This document shows, one piece after another, positions 40,556 to 54,227 of a DNA stretch of 64,000 nt. This DNA comes from Malacoraja senta. Taxonomy: Eukaryota. The notes beneath the pieces were generated by a model. It was not told where the DNA came from, did not search any database, and worked only from the letters and a program-made list of their open reading frames with translations. Position numbers and translations under genes: made by a program. Each line of letters opens with the position of its first letter. Within the stretch, counting starts at the first letter, position 1. Location: assembly GCA_038087875.1 (NCBI GenBank), contig CM075996.1, positions 498,001 through 562,000 of the forward strand. Reading direction: 5' to 3'.

Positions 40556-41123
40556 ATTCAGATTCAGATTCAGATTCAGAAAACTTTATTGTCTGTCGTA
40601 ACAGAAAATCTTCTTTGGCGTGGCTCAACATACAAACAGGACAATGTACTGATAAGCAGTCATACAACACAGATTTCTGCGAGCACACACCGTGTGTAAA
40701 GATCTTAAAAGCAAGTATAAAGATTAAAAACTGTAAGAATGGACAAGATGAAAGTTGTGGCTACGTGTAAAGTGACAGTGCGTCAGGGTTAATTTGTCCA
40801 TTGTTCATTTTTTATTGAAGCTGTTTATGGCAATGGGTATGAATGAGTTTTTGTGGATGTTTTTCTTAGATAGGGGGACTTTATATCGGCGGCCTGATGG
40901 CAGAAGTTGGAAGGACTTGTGCAGGGAGGGGGTGGGTGGGATCCTGTGTAATGAGGTTGGCTTTCCTTTTAACTGCCTGGGTGTGAAGTACTGATAATTG
41001 ATTTTGGGTTTTGCCAGTTATTTTGCTTGCTTGATTGATGATCCGGGAAAGCTTTGATTTGTCTTTGACAGAGGTGAGGGTGAACCAGGATGTGATGTTA
41101 AAGGTGAGTACAGATTCTATAAG
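40556..41123 (-). mobile_element. Rex1/Babar-like LINE fragment with (TCTGAA)n tail inserted in a SINE
   Basis: Minus strand HPLPAQVLPTSAIR / PSGRRYKVPLSKKNIHKNSFIPIAI; tail TCAGAT repeats at 40557-40580. Confidence 0.7.
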
Positions 41124-42577
41124 CGCCGACCAGCGATTCTATAATCGCTGGTCGGCGCGGACCCGGCACGGCCTGTTTCCGTGCTGTATCCTTAAAGTAA
41201 ACTAAAGTCTCCGGGTGCTCTGGTTTCCCCCCACACTCCAAAGACGTGCAAGTTTGTAGGTTAATTGGTTTTGGTAAGTTGTTAAATTGTCCCTAGTGTG
41301 TATTTATAGTGTTATTTTACAGGGTGATCGCCAGTTAGCATGGACTCGGTGGGCCGAAGGGCCTGTTTCCGTGATGTATCTCTAAAGCCTAAAGGCTTAC
41401 AATATAGGTAGAAGCCGGATCCCCACTGCTTCAGCGTGGTCCTCAGACTGGGATACGTACGATCGATTGATTGAATTGATTGAAAGGTGCAGCATGGAAA
41501 CAGGCCCTTCAGCCCGACAAGTCCATGCCACGATTGCCTGTTGACACTAGTTCTATGTTATCCCACTTTCGCATCCACATCTTACACACTCGGGGCAATT
41601 TAAAGAGGGGATATTAATCCACAGTCCCCTCATATCCTTGGTACATAGAAGGAAACCAGAGCATCTGGAGGAAACCCACGCTGTCGCAGGGAGTAAGTAC
41701 AAACTCCGCATAGACAGCAGCTGAGGTCACTGCAAGGGTCTCTGGCACTGCAAGGCTGCAACTCTACCGCTGCGCCGCCCACAGGAAGGATACTATTCAC
41801 AAGGTCACTGTACAACAGTAGGACTTTAGACTTTAGAGATACAATGCTGAAACAGTCCGAAACAGTCTGCTGGCCCACTGACCAGAGATCACCGTACACT
41901 AGCGCTATCCCACACTAGGGACAATTCTTACCAAAGTTAATTATCCTACAAACCCGCACGCCTTTGGAGTGTGGGAGGAAACCGGCGCACCCAGAGAAAA
42001 CCCACGCGGCCACAGGGTGAACGTGCGAACTCCCTTCAGACAGCGCCCTGTCGTCGTGATCGAACCCGGATCTCAGGGGCTGTGAGGCAGCAACTCTACC
42101 GCTGCACCACCGTGCCGCCCCAAAGGCAGGGGAGTACGACAAGTCTTTCAAAGGGGCCAGTAGAGGCATGATGGGCTGAATGGCCTTCTGAGCCGCATCA
42201 CCCTGCAATCCTATTGCCAACTGGCTATTAGCTGGAACCTGCCTATTGTGAGTTTACAATGGTTTACAGTCAGAAGATTGTGGAATCATTTTTTTTTAAA
42301 GGACTACTGATGCTGGATATCTAAAATAAAATAGTAAATATTAAAAAATACTCAGCAGATCAGGCCAGACCTGTGGGTAGAGAAACAGAGTTAACATTTC
42401 AGGCCGAAGATCTTTCGATAAACGAGGGGTCTTTGAGCTGAGACATTAACTCAGAGGGTTATGGGGTCATTCTTAAGACTTGCGCACAAAATGCAGGTTT
42501 TATGTCTCTGCTGTGGCTCCACGAGGGAAACATTACTGAACTAGTTATATATCTGAGGACTAACACCAATAATGGCT

Positions 42578-42591
42578 GTTTCCATGGTAAC
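42578..42591. promoter_or_regulatory. Candidate RFX X-box
   Basis: GTTTCCATGGTAAC fits the 14-bp X-box consensus and lies in non-repetitive sequence. Confidence 0.35.
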
Positions 42592-43501
42592 GAAGCTTTG
42601 GAAGCATCGCTGTCCTCTGTTCTTTCGTGATGTGAAGGCAATATGGGGACTAATGAACAACAGGGCTGGAGCTCGGGGCTAGGTCTCAGCCCTGGCAGAG
42701 ATTGCAAGGCCAGGTGCTAGGGCAAGGCTGCGGCTGGGAGGAGGGCACAGTGGGCCCAGGCCTGGAGGTCAGAGCCTGGCAAAATCATGTGTGGGAAAGA
42801 ACTGCAGATGCTGGTTCAAATCGAAGGTGGACACAAAATGCCGGAGTCACCCATTCCTTCTCTCCGGAGATGCTGCCTGTCCCGCTGAGTTACGCCAGCA
42901 TTTTGTGTCTGGCAAGGTTGGTTTGGGCAAAGCGCAGGGCAAGGGCAAGGCAGCAAAACAAATGGAGCCGGGGTCCGTGCGTAACACACAGAGGATGCCA
43001 TGTGTACACATTAGGAGGAACACCAAGACAGGGTGGCGCAGCGGTAGCCCTTTCGATCCTGACTACGGGTGCTGTCTGTACGGAGTTTGCACGATCCCCC
43101 TGTGACCACATAGGTTTCCTCCGGGTGCTCTGGTTTCCTCCCACACTCCAAAACGTGCAGTTTTGTAGGCTAATTGGCGTCTGTAAAGTATAAAATGTGT
43201 GTAGAATAGTGCCAGTGTACAGGCGATCGCTGGTCAGCACGGACTTGGTGGGGCGAGTTTTAGACTTTGGGCTTTAGAGATACAGCGTGGAAACAGGCCC
43301 TTTGGCTCACCGAGTCCACAATGATCAGTGATCAACCCATATACAAGCATAACCCTACAATTTACAGGGATAATTTACACTTTAAAGTAGCCAATTAACC
43401 TACAAATGTGTATTCCTTTGGAGTGTGGGAAGAAACCGGAGCACCCAGAAAAGAAAACGGGTGGTCACAGGGAGAAGGTACGAACTCTGTACAGACAGGT
43501 C

Positions 43502-45288
43502 TTCTTCTGCTTCTGTCGTGTGTCGTTTAGACCTGCAGCTCCGTTGAGGCAAGCCAGGCCAACGTGTCATCGTCCACGTCAATCACACCTCGTTCACCAT
43601 TCGGTGGCCGGTGTTTGTGATATAAATTTTTATTAGAAGCAAACATATTATAATGTAGAGTAACATATAATAATAGAAGAAAAAACTTTTCATATACATC
43701 AATCACTCATACATTATTAAATTTGTCAATTGTCAGTTAATTCTGCTTCTAGTGGTTTTTTTTTATATAGATAGAAAAAGAAAAATAGAGAGAAAGGTGT
43801 TTGGGGCAACTGGTGACTATGTGCTCCACTGTCTGTGTGTTGGGTCCCCACACTCGCAGCAGGCGCTGTCCACGAGGCCCCACCTCTTCATCGCTACTCC
43901 ATAGCGTCCGATGCCTGTCCTCAAGCGGTTCAGGGTTGTCCACTCCTTTCGGGGCAGGTCCTGGCCAGGGACGTCCATGGGGTCATCGATGTAATGGTGT
44001 AGCTTATATGGTTCCGCTGACTTCCACTGGTCTCTCCATCTCGTCTTGACCCAGGTGGCCTTAGAAGCGTCAGCCGGTGTTGTGCAGAGCAGCTCTTGGG
44101 CTTGCGTGGCAAAGGGATGCAGCGAGACCTGGGTGTCATGGTACACCAGTCATTGAAAGTAGGCATGCAGGTGCAGCAGGCAGTGAAGAAAGCGAATGGT
44201 ATGTTAGCTTTCATAGCAAAAGGATTTGAGTATAGGAGCAGGGAGGTTCTACTGCAGTTGTACAGGGTCTTGGTGAGACCACACCTGGAGTATTGCGTAC
44301 AGTTTTGGTCTCCAAATCTGAGGAAGGACATTATAGCCATAGAGGGAGTGCAGAGAAGGTTCACCAGACTGATTCCTGGGATGTCAGGACTTTCATATGA
44401 AGAAAGACTGGATAGACTTGGCTTATACTCGCTAGAATTTAGGAGATTGAGAGGGGATCTTATGGAAACGTACAAAATTCTTATGGGGTTGGACAGGCTA
44501 GATGCAGGAAGATTGTTCCCGATGTTGGGGAAGTCCAGGACAAGGGGTCACAGCTTAAGGATAAGGGGGAAATCCTTTAAGACCGAGATGAGGAAAAACG
44601 TTTTCACACAGAGAGTGGTGAATCTCTGGAACTCTCTGCCACAGAGGGTAGTTGAGGCCAGTTCATTGGCTATATTTAAGAGGGAGTTAGATGTGGCCCT
44701 TGTGGCTAAGGGGATCAGGGGGTATGGAGAGAAGGCAGGTACGGGATACTGAGTTGGATGATCAGCCATGATCATATTGAATGGCGGTGCAGGCTCGAAG
44801 GGCCGAATGGCCTACTCCTGCACCTATTTTCTATGTATCTATGTATCTATGTGACTTGAGGTGCACTCGTCGTGGTGTCTCTGTGACGATCTGATGGAGG
44901 AGGTGGGATTCACTGGTCTGTGCCTTTCGAGAGAGGGCCAGCGTGGCTGCTTCTCGTCTGATGTTGGCTGGGACGATGCCAGCGAGGACGGGCAGTTGGT
45001 TTACTGGGGTGGCTCGTAGGCATCCGGAGACAGTCCGCAGGGTGCTGTTGAGGGCAGCATCCAGCTTCTTGGCGTGAGGGCTACGGCACCAGACCGGGGC
45101 GCAGTACTCGGCGGCTGAGAACACCCGAGGGCCACTGTGGACATGCGCAGTGTCTCCGTCGTGGCCCCCCATGTGGTGCCAGCTAGGCGGAGAATCAGTG
45201 CGGCACGGGCGCTTGTCTTTGCCTTGGCACCTTCCAGGTGTTGTTTGAATGACGACGTTCTGTCGAGCTTCACACCGAGGTACGTGGG
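43502..45288 (-). mobile_element. Vingi (Ingi-related, I group) non-LTR retrotransposon, 5'-truncated and interrupted twice
   Basis: PTYLGVKLDRT..FKQH, LAGTTWGA, FSAAEYCAPVWCRS, LNRLRTG, CECG..TVEHIVTSCP, ..LAWL; (GAA)-like tail at ~43501; TSD GACAGGTC(T) at 43494 and 45289. Confidence 0.8.
44116..44849 (+). mobile_element. CR1 LINE 3' fragment (young), inserted into Vingi
   Basis: RDLGV..., LYRVLVRPHLEYCVQFWSP, EGVQRRFTRLIPG, RRLRGDL, TRGH, FTQRVVNLWNSLP; (CTATGTAT)-type tail. Confidence 0.95.
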
Positions 45289-47271
45289 GACAGGTCTCTG
45301 GCGCTGTAAGGCAGCAACTCTACCACTGTGCCACTGCGCCTCCCCTATAATCAACCAAACTGTATCTCTAAGCTAAACCAATATACACTAAACAGTAAGA
45401 ATGTGCATTTGAATATATCCCTTCAGAAAGAGTAGACACAAAAAGCTGGAGTATCTCAGTGGGTCAGTATGTTGCATCCCTGGAGGAAAGGAACAGGTGA
45501 CGTTTCGGGATTTGCTTCAGAAAGATGTAGACTACTGTTTGACACTTTGTCGACATTGTCGTGTAGAAAATATGGTGCCAATTTGGACAGAGCAATTTCT
45601 TATAAGGACACCATCCCAGGCCATGTGTAAATAGTCTTGATAATCCTCAAGGACACTGGGGCAGCTACCATGCTCTCTATCAAATTAGTGGCCACAGGTT
45701 TACTTGAGATTATTGTTACGTTAACAGTGAAAAGCGTTTTTTGTTGCGTGCTATCCAGTCAGCGGAAAGACTACACATGATTACAATCAAGCCATCCACA
45801 GTGTACAGATACAGGGAATAACGTTTAGTGCAAGATAAATTCCAGTTAAGCCCGAATTAAAGTCCGAGGGTCTACAATGAGGTTGGTGGTCGGTCAGGAC
45901 CGCTCGCTAGCTGGTAATAGGATGGTTCAGTTGCCTGATAACAGCTGGGAAGAAACTGTCCCTGAATTTGGAGGTGTGCGTTTTCTCACTTCTGTGCCTC
46001 TTGCCTGATGGGAGAGGGGAGAAGAGGGAGTGGCCGAGGTGAGACTGGTCCTTGATTGTGCTGTTGGCCTTGCCGAGGCAGCATGAGGTGTAGATGGAGG
46101 CGATGGAAGGGAGGTCGGTTTGCGCGATGGTCTGGGTTGCGTCCACAACTCTCTGCTATTTTCTTGCAGCAGTTGATTTGCACAGAGGCAGCTCCAAAGA
46201 TCATATGAGAACAGAAATTCTGTTTTGTTAATGATGTTGATTGAGGGATAAATATGGGCCCAACTTCATTTTGTACAATCATCTTCGCGTTAATGACAGT
46301 GGGAGTATGGAATTCACTGATAATTCACATGTTTAATCGATACTGTTTTATTATTAATGTTTAATATTTTACGTGCCATTCCTATTTGTCATGTTGTCAC
46401 GTGCGGGTGGAGCACCAAGGCAAATTCCTTGTATGTGAATACTTGGCCATTAAACTTATTCATTGATTGATTGAATTAGAGAGCATTAGTTATGAGAGAT
46501 GGGACAAACTTGGATTGTTTACTCTGGAGCATCAGGGGTTGATAGGAAAGCTGGTAGAAGTATATAAAATTATGAGGCATAGACACGGTGGACAGTCAGA
46601 ACATTTATCCCAGTGTGGAAATGCCAATGGCCAGAAGGTATTGCTTTTGGGTTCTGAGAGGATAAGTTTAAAGGAGATGTGTGGGGCAAGTGTTTTACGT
46701 GGAGTAATGAATGGGTTTAAGAAGGAACTGCAGATGCTGGAAAATCGAAGGTAGACAAAAGTGCTGGAGAAACTCAGCGGGTGCAGCAGCATCTATGGAG
46801 CGAAGGAAATAGGCAACGTTTTGGGCCGAAACCCTTCTTCAGATGAATGGGTGCCTGGAACATGCTGCCAGGGGTGGTGGTGGTGGTGTGTAAGAGGTTT
46901 TCAGATAGGCACACTGATAGGCAGGGAGTGCAGGGATATGGATCACGTGCAGGCGGAGGAGGTCAGTTTAACTTGTGATCATATGTGCGGCACAGACATT
47001 GTGGGCCAAAGGGCCTGTTTCTGTGCTGTACTGTTCTATGTTGATGGTGTGTTGGAAGGCAGAAACACTCATCAGATTTGAGTACTGAATAAGCACTCAA
47101 TGAGCCATAGTTTTCAGGGATAGACAAAAATGCTGGAGAAACTCAGCGGGTGAGGCAGCATCTATGGAGCGAAGGAAATAGGCAACGTTTCGGGTCAAAA
47201 CCCTTCTTCAGATACAGTTTGAGAGCAAGGACATGGCAGCATGGTGGCGCAGCAGTAGAGTTGCTGTCTTA

Positions 47272-47601
47272 AAGCCCTGTCCCACGGTGCGAGTTCATTC
47301 CAAGAGCTCTCCCGAGTTTAAAAAAAATCAAACTCGTGATAAGCACGGAGAATGAACGTAGCGGGTACGTCGGAGCTCTGGGATGTCTCTTACCGGCTTG
47401 TAACGCTAACGGCAGGTACCCGGGAAGACTCGCTAACGGCAGGTAAGCACGGCAAGACTCGTGAAGATTTTTCAACATGTTGAAAAATGTCCACGAGAGT
47501 CCCGAGTACCGACGAGTGGCCATTACCGTAAATCTCCGAGTTCGAATCAGGGCAAACTCGGGAGAGCTCTTGGAATGAACTCGTACCGTGGGACAGGGGT
47601 T
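47272..47601. mobile_element. PIF/Harbinger-type MITE
   Basis: AAGCCCTGTCCCAC...GTGGGACAGGGGTT, ~48-bp TIR, TTA TSD; the host SINE head rejoins cleanly when it is removed. Confidence 0.87.
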
Positions 47602-50600
47602 TTACAGTGCCAGAGACCCGGGTGTGATTCTGGCGACGGGTGTTGTCTGTGTGGAGTTTGTACGTTCTCTCCGGGTGCTCCGGTTTCCTCCCACCCTCCA
47701 AAGACGTGCAGGTTCGTAGGGTAATTGGCTTCCGTGAATTGTAAATCGTCCCTAGTGCGTAGGATAACGCTAGTGTTTGCTGGTCAGCACGGACCCGGTG
47801 GGCCGAAGGGCCTGTTTCCGTGCTGTGTCGCTAAAGTCTAAAGGTGGGATTAGCTACAGTAAACTCAGCCCCCCTTATCAGCTGATTTGCCATGAACAAA
47901 TCCACATACTCACCAGCTCGGTCCCGAGACCTGCCTCGAATTATTTTTCAAAACGGCGTATATGTGTGTATACATGTCCAGAATCTGAAGGAACTGCATC
48001 TCTCAGAAACGTATGTGGATCTTCAATCATACACACGTTTCAAATTCCATGCTATGTTCAATAACAAGACAAAGGCCATTCGGGATGTCACCCGTGTGCT
48101 GGATCTTTGAAAGATCTCTCCAATCAGCCATGATCATATTGAATGGCTCAAAGGGCTGAGTGGCCTACTGCTGCATCTTGTTGCGCAGTGTTGCAACTCC
48201 AGTTCGCACCATGTTTCCCAACAGTGAGGCTGACAATAGGCTACAGTGCTCTAGCTATGTTTTAAGAAATGACGGATAAATGCTGGGGGGCTGGCCAAGA
48301 AGTACTGAGAGAAGTATCATTGCAGCTACACAGTGCTGCACATCAGTGGGTCAGTACACAGGCGCCTCACAGATAGTAGGGCTGCTTGTAAAAATAACTC
48401 TGGTTACAATATAATCTTGTGAGAAACCGGGACACAGTGGGTGAAGCCAAGGTGAATTTGGAGCTCAGAGAAAAGCATGGCTCTGATTGAAGTATTTGTG
48501 CCAAATGTCTATCAATTGTCCCATTGCCCTTCCAGGCTGACTGAGTCATTGTGGAAATGAAACCAAGCTCTGTCCACATGCACTGCAGAGCAGTCCTGCC
48601 CTCTCTATTTCCCCTTTCTGTCTTCGTGTCGGCAGAGGGGAGGCAAGAGACTCTGAAATCTTGGTGTAATGCAATGCAAATAACACTGCATGCAATTAAT
48701 CTGCCAGTCCCATGGGCACATCAAAAAAATGGCAAGTAAAATATCAGTCTAGATCAGGCTCCACTTAATAAGTGGATTGGTGTTAAACTGTAGAAGTGTG
48801 TTCCTGTTATATCATAGAGTTTAAAAAAAAGCATGGAAACAGGCCCTTCGGCCCAACTCGCCCATGCTAAGTAAGATGCCTCATCTATGTCAGTCCCACC
48901 TGCCCACGTAAGGTCCATATAAGATTGTTAAGGGTTTGGACACGTTAGCGGCAGGAAACATGTTTCCGATGTTGGGGGAGTCCAGAACCAGGGGCCACAG
49001 TTTAAGAATAAGGAGTAAACCATTTAGAACGGAGCCAAGGAAACTCTTTTTCTCACAGAGAGTTGTGAGTGTGGAATTCTCTGCCTCAGAGGGCGGTGGA
49101 GGCCGGTTCTCTGGATACATTCAAGAGAGAGCTAGATAGGGCTCTTAAAGACAGTGGTGTCAGGGGATATGGGGAGAAGGCAGGAACGGGGTACTGATTG
49201 GGGATGATCAGCCATGATCACATTGAATGGCGGTGCTGGCTCGAAGGGCCGAATGGCCTACTCCTGCGCCTATTGTCTATTGTCATATCCCTCAAAACCT
49301 TTCCTATCTGTGTACCTGTTCAAATGTCTTTGAAATGTTGTTATAGTCCCTGCCTCAACTACCTCTTCTGACAGCTTGTTCCATACACCCAACACCCACT
49401 GAGTGAAAAAGCTGTTCCTATTAAATCTTTCCTCTCTCACCTCAAACCTCTCTCCTCTGGTTCTCCATTCCCCAACAGGGTAAAAGGCTGTGCATATCAG
49501 TGTGAGGATCGCAGGAAGGAAGCAAAGGAGAAGGCAGGCACGGGTTATTGATTGGGGACGATCAGCCATGATCACAATGAATGGCGGTGCTGGTTTGAAG
49601 GGCCGAATGGCCTCCTCCTGGACCTTTTTTCTATGTTTCTATGAATCTAGACTTTAGAGATACAGCTCAACAACCCTTTGGTCCACCGAGTCGGCACCGA
49701 CCATCGATCCCCGTACACTAAGACTATCCTGCACACTAGGCTAGGGACAATCTTACAATTTTACCAAAGTCCAATTAACCTACAAATCTGTACGTCTTTG
49801 GAGTGTGGGAGGAAACCAGACCACCTGGAGAAACCCCAAAGATCACAGAGCAGAGCTATGATCTTTGGTAAGGCAGCAACTCTACCGCTGCGCTGCCATT
49901 TAGATGCGACAATCTAGTGGGAGTTTTCCTTTAACTAGCCTATGCTGTAACTGACCTGGAAGTGTTTGATGGGATGACATAGCGAGGGGATTTTACTCTG
50001 TATCTTACCTGTGATGTATCTGATGTGCGATTGTTTTAATGAGAAAGGGTAGCAAGACTTATATTTCCAACCAGTGCTGTACTCACCCTGTGAATGTCTC
50101 ATGGATTAGCTGAAGCATTTCAAATAAAGGGAAATTAAATCATGTTCAAACATGCCAAATATATTCCTGCTGTCTGCAAAGAATCATTTTAAAGCCTGTT
50201 TTCATTTTCACAGCTCATGTGTGTGCGTGTGCGCTGATTGAAACATTGCCCTTGTGGTCACCCACAATTTAAAGCCACTCTTTGCTGCCATCTAAAGTCT
50301 CCACGTTTAAAAGCAATTCACAATTAGATAGGAGACGCAAGATTGCAACTCTACCACTGCACCACCCTTCCACAGATGCTGCCTGACCTGTTGAGTTTCT
50401 CTGGCAGTCATTTATTGCTCACAATTAGAATGGGTGTTCATGCTTTGCCTAGCACCCCTGAAATGAGGCAAGACCGCTGATCCTGACCACGGGTGCTGTC
50501 TGTACGGAGTTTGTACTTTCACCCTGTGACCACGTGGGTTTTCTCTGGGTACTCCGGTTAAATCCCACACTCCAACAACGTACAGTTTGTAGGTAAACAG

Positions 50601-53600
50601 GCTTCTGTAAATTGTCCCTAGTGTGCAGGATAGTGCTAGTGTACAGGGTGATCTTTGGTCAGTGTGTACTCGGTGAGCCAATGGACCTGCTTCTGTGCTG
50701 TATCTCTGAAGTAAAGTGTAAAGTCTAAGCTCGTTGTGACTTAGGTCAGATGTTTAATCATGGGACGTTGGCTGGAGTGTGTTGGAATCATGAGTCTGGA
50801 GGTAACAGGGCCTGTTCCCACACTATATATCACTAAAGTCTACAGACTTTATTAATGGTATTTATTTAGTAATAATCTACCTTAATAATCACTTTCTCTG
50901 TAGTTGTAACACTTGATTAGTACAGGTGTCAGAGGTTATGGGGAGAAGGCAGGAGAATGGGGTTAGGAGGGAGAGATTGATCAGCCATGATTGAATGGCG
51001 GAGTAGACGATGGGCCGAATGGCTTAATTCTACTCCTATCACATGACCTTATGACGATATTCTGCACCCCATTTCCTCTCTTTTAGCACTCGCTGTTGTA
51101 CTTGTGAGGTGGAATGATTTGCCCGGATAGTACACAAAACAACGTTTTTCACTGTATCCCAGTACACATGCCAAAAAGGTTGGCAGCATCATCAAGGACC
51201 CACACCATCCTGGCCACACACTCATCTCCCCGCTACCTTCAGGTAGAAGTTACAGGAGCCTGAAGACAGCAACGTCCAGGTTCAGAAATAGCCCCTTCCC
51301 CACAGCCATCAGGCTATTGAACTCAACTTAAACAAAACTCTGAACATTAATAGACCATTATCTGTTTATTTATTCATGTGTGTGTATATATTTATATAAT
51401 GGTATATGGACACATTGATCTGTTCTGTATTCATGCCTACTATGTTCTGTTGTGCTGAAGCAAAGCAAGAATGTCATTGTCCTATCTGGGACACATGACA
51501 ATAAACTCTCTTGAATCTTCAATCTTGAATAATAAACCAATTCTACTAATTTAGATTCTCCCAAAAGTGAACGTTTCCGACAAATAATTGTTTTAAAGAT
51601 CAGATATCCCCCATGTCTTTTAGCTCGGTTTAGACCCAAAACGGTCCCGACCCAAAACGTCACCTATCCGTGTCCTCCAGATATGCTGCCTGACCTGCAG
51701 AGTTACTCCAGCACTTTGTCTTTTTATTATCAAGGTAACCAATAGTTGAAAACCCGGCAGATTGAATAAAATGATATAAAACGTAACAAACTGAATCAAA
51801 GTCACTGCCACATCTGTGGAATAAGTGGGGTTTATCCGAAGATGTTACGAGAGGTACAGAGGGCTGTAATGTGCCTACTTGGGAGATGAGGTGCTGTTCC
51901 CTGAGCTTACGTTGGGTATCATTAGAGCAACATTGGCAGACGAGGACAAAAAGGTCAGATGGGGACGGGGAATGAAGAAGTAAAGATATATGTGACTGAC
52001 TTTAGCGTTTAGAGATACAGCTCAGAAACTAGCCCTTCGGCCCATTGAGTCTGCGCCAACCAGCGATACACTAACACGATCCTACACACTAGGGACAATT
52101 TACAATTTTACCGAAGCCAATTAACCTACAAACCTGTGGGGGGAAACCAGAACACTCAGAGAAAACCCTTCTCCTGCCTTCGCTCTGGAACCATTGATGC
52201 CCTTACTAATCAAGAACCTATCAATGTTTGCTTTAAAAATACCCAATGACGGCCTCCACAGCCATCAGTGGCAATGAATTCCACACGTACCACCCTCTGG
52301 CTAAAGAAATCCCTCCTTATCTCCATTCCATAAGGTACGTCCTTATATTCTGACACTATGCCCTCTGGCCCTAGGCTCTCCCAGGAGCAGAATATTCCAG
52401 GTCCAACATTCCCGGTCCAATCTCTGGACACCCGAAGGAATCACAGACTTGAGCATAGATTTAATGGACCCTGAGGCCAACTTTTATGTTGTAAGGAAAT
52501 AAGAAATAAAAAGAAAAACTGCTGGAAACACCCAGCAGATCAGGCTGCATCGGTGGAAAGAGAAACAGGGTTAATATCTTTCATATCTTATGTTCGAGAC
52601 CTGAGAATATGAAAAATATGGTAACAAAATACTGCTGTAGTAAAACATTCCACAACAATGAATTCCACAGATACACAGAGTCTCTTGCTCAGAGTAGGTG
52701 AATCTAGGACCGGAGGATGTAGGTTTAAGGTGAAGGGGAAAAAATTGAATAGGAATCTGAAGGGTAACTTTTTCACACAAAAGGTGGTGGGTGTATGGAA
52801 CGAGCTGCCAGAGGTAGTTGAGGCAGGGACTATCCCAACGTTTAAGAAACAGTAGACGGGTACATGGATAGGACAGGTTTGGAGGGTTTTGCACCAAATG
52901 CGGGTAGCTGGGACTAGTGTAGCTGGGACATGTTGGCCAGTGTGGGAAAGTTGGGACAAAGGGCCTGTTTCCACACTGTATCACTATATGACTCTATAAC
53001 GTTGTTCTGAAGAAAGGCTGATAAATTTTCCCCTAGGTCCTGATCGAGATATATCCCACAAACTTACACTAAACAGGCTGCAAATGTGGAGAATTGTGGA
53101 GGCAAATGTGTAGCCTTCACAGGCTGCAGATCAGGATGTCCTCAGATCGGAAAAGGTGCTGATTAAATGCAAGCTCTCTCTTGTCCCAAAGAGGAAATAG
53201 TTTCAAGACTAAAGTAAAAGGAACCGCAGCCAGTTAAATGTTACAATGCCAATATATTCTTTTAATAAAATGCCTTGCTAAAGTAACATTTCTCCACAAA
53301 CCTGGACCACGGGGTTTAAACCAGTAACATGGGTTTACATAATAAAATACTTCCACTCAAACTTCAAAGTAATGGAAAACAGACTTCACTGCCTAATGCT
53401 AACCAGACTGTCTGCATTAGCCGTGGAATGCAGGGAGAACAAATGGGCGCTTAAATCGAACTGCGTTACAGAAATTCCCAATCTCCCCTTCACCGTTTGA
53501 ACTGAAGCAGTTTTCAGTGGCCTCTCCCTGACGCTTTTAACACAGGAGCTTGCAACTAGTCCTGCCACAGTGGCACTTTTAGACATCCCCTGGTTGACTT

Positions 53601-53616
53601 ATTGCGTGCAGGTATT

Positions 53617-53620
<4 letters not shown>

Positions 53621-53665
<45 letters not shown>
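53621..53665. repeat. (AG)n microsatellite
   Basis: Directly visible. Confidence 0.95.
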
Positions 53666-53667
<2 letters not shown>

Positions 53668-54199
53668 TGAGTGGAAAGGGAAAGGTAAATACAGAGGAGT
53701 TAACATTGATACGAGGGTGCAATGCAATGAAATTGAAAGTGAGCGAGGGTCAAAGCAGAGTACAGTAAGCCACCGTTATAACAGACCCTAGGAGGGGGGG
53801 GGGAAGGAGTATGTTATTGCTGATTGACTGTTATAAATGAGTAAGGAATTATCATGTGTAGGAAGGAACTGCAGATGTTGGTTAAAACAAAAGATAGACA
53901 CAAAAATCTGAAGTAACTCAGCGGGACTGGCAGCACCTCTGGATAGAAGAAATGGGTGACGTTTTGGGTCGAGACCCTTCTTCAAACTTGTCATTGTATG
54001 TAGTTGAAATAAAGAACTGCAGATGATGGTTAATACTGGGTTTGGCATCAGCATGTCTGTCCTATATATCCAACATCTGTTATAAAGGTAGACAAAAGTG
54101 CTGGAGAAACTCAGCGGGTGCAGCAGCATCTATGGAGCGAAGGAAATAGGCAACGTTTCGGGCCGAAACGTTGCCTATTTCCTTCGCTCCATAGATGGT

Positions 54200-54227
54200 C
54201 TGAAGAAGGGTTTCGGCCCGAAACGTT
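54200..54227 (+). ncRNA. Minimal type I hammerhead ribozyme motif in a Penelope pLTR (representative copy)
   Basis: CUGAAGA-A-GGGU(UUCG)GCCC-GAAA-CG-UU, with flanking GGU/GCC as a short stem I and palindromic AACGUU in place of stem III. Confidence 0.65.
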
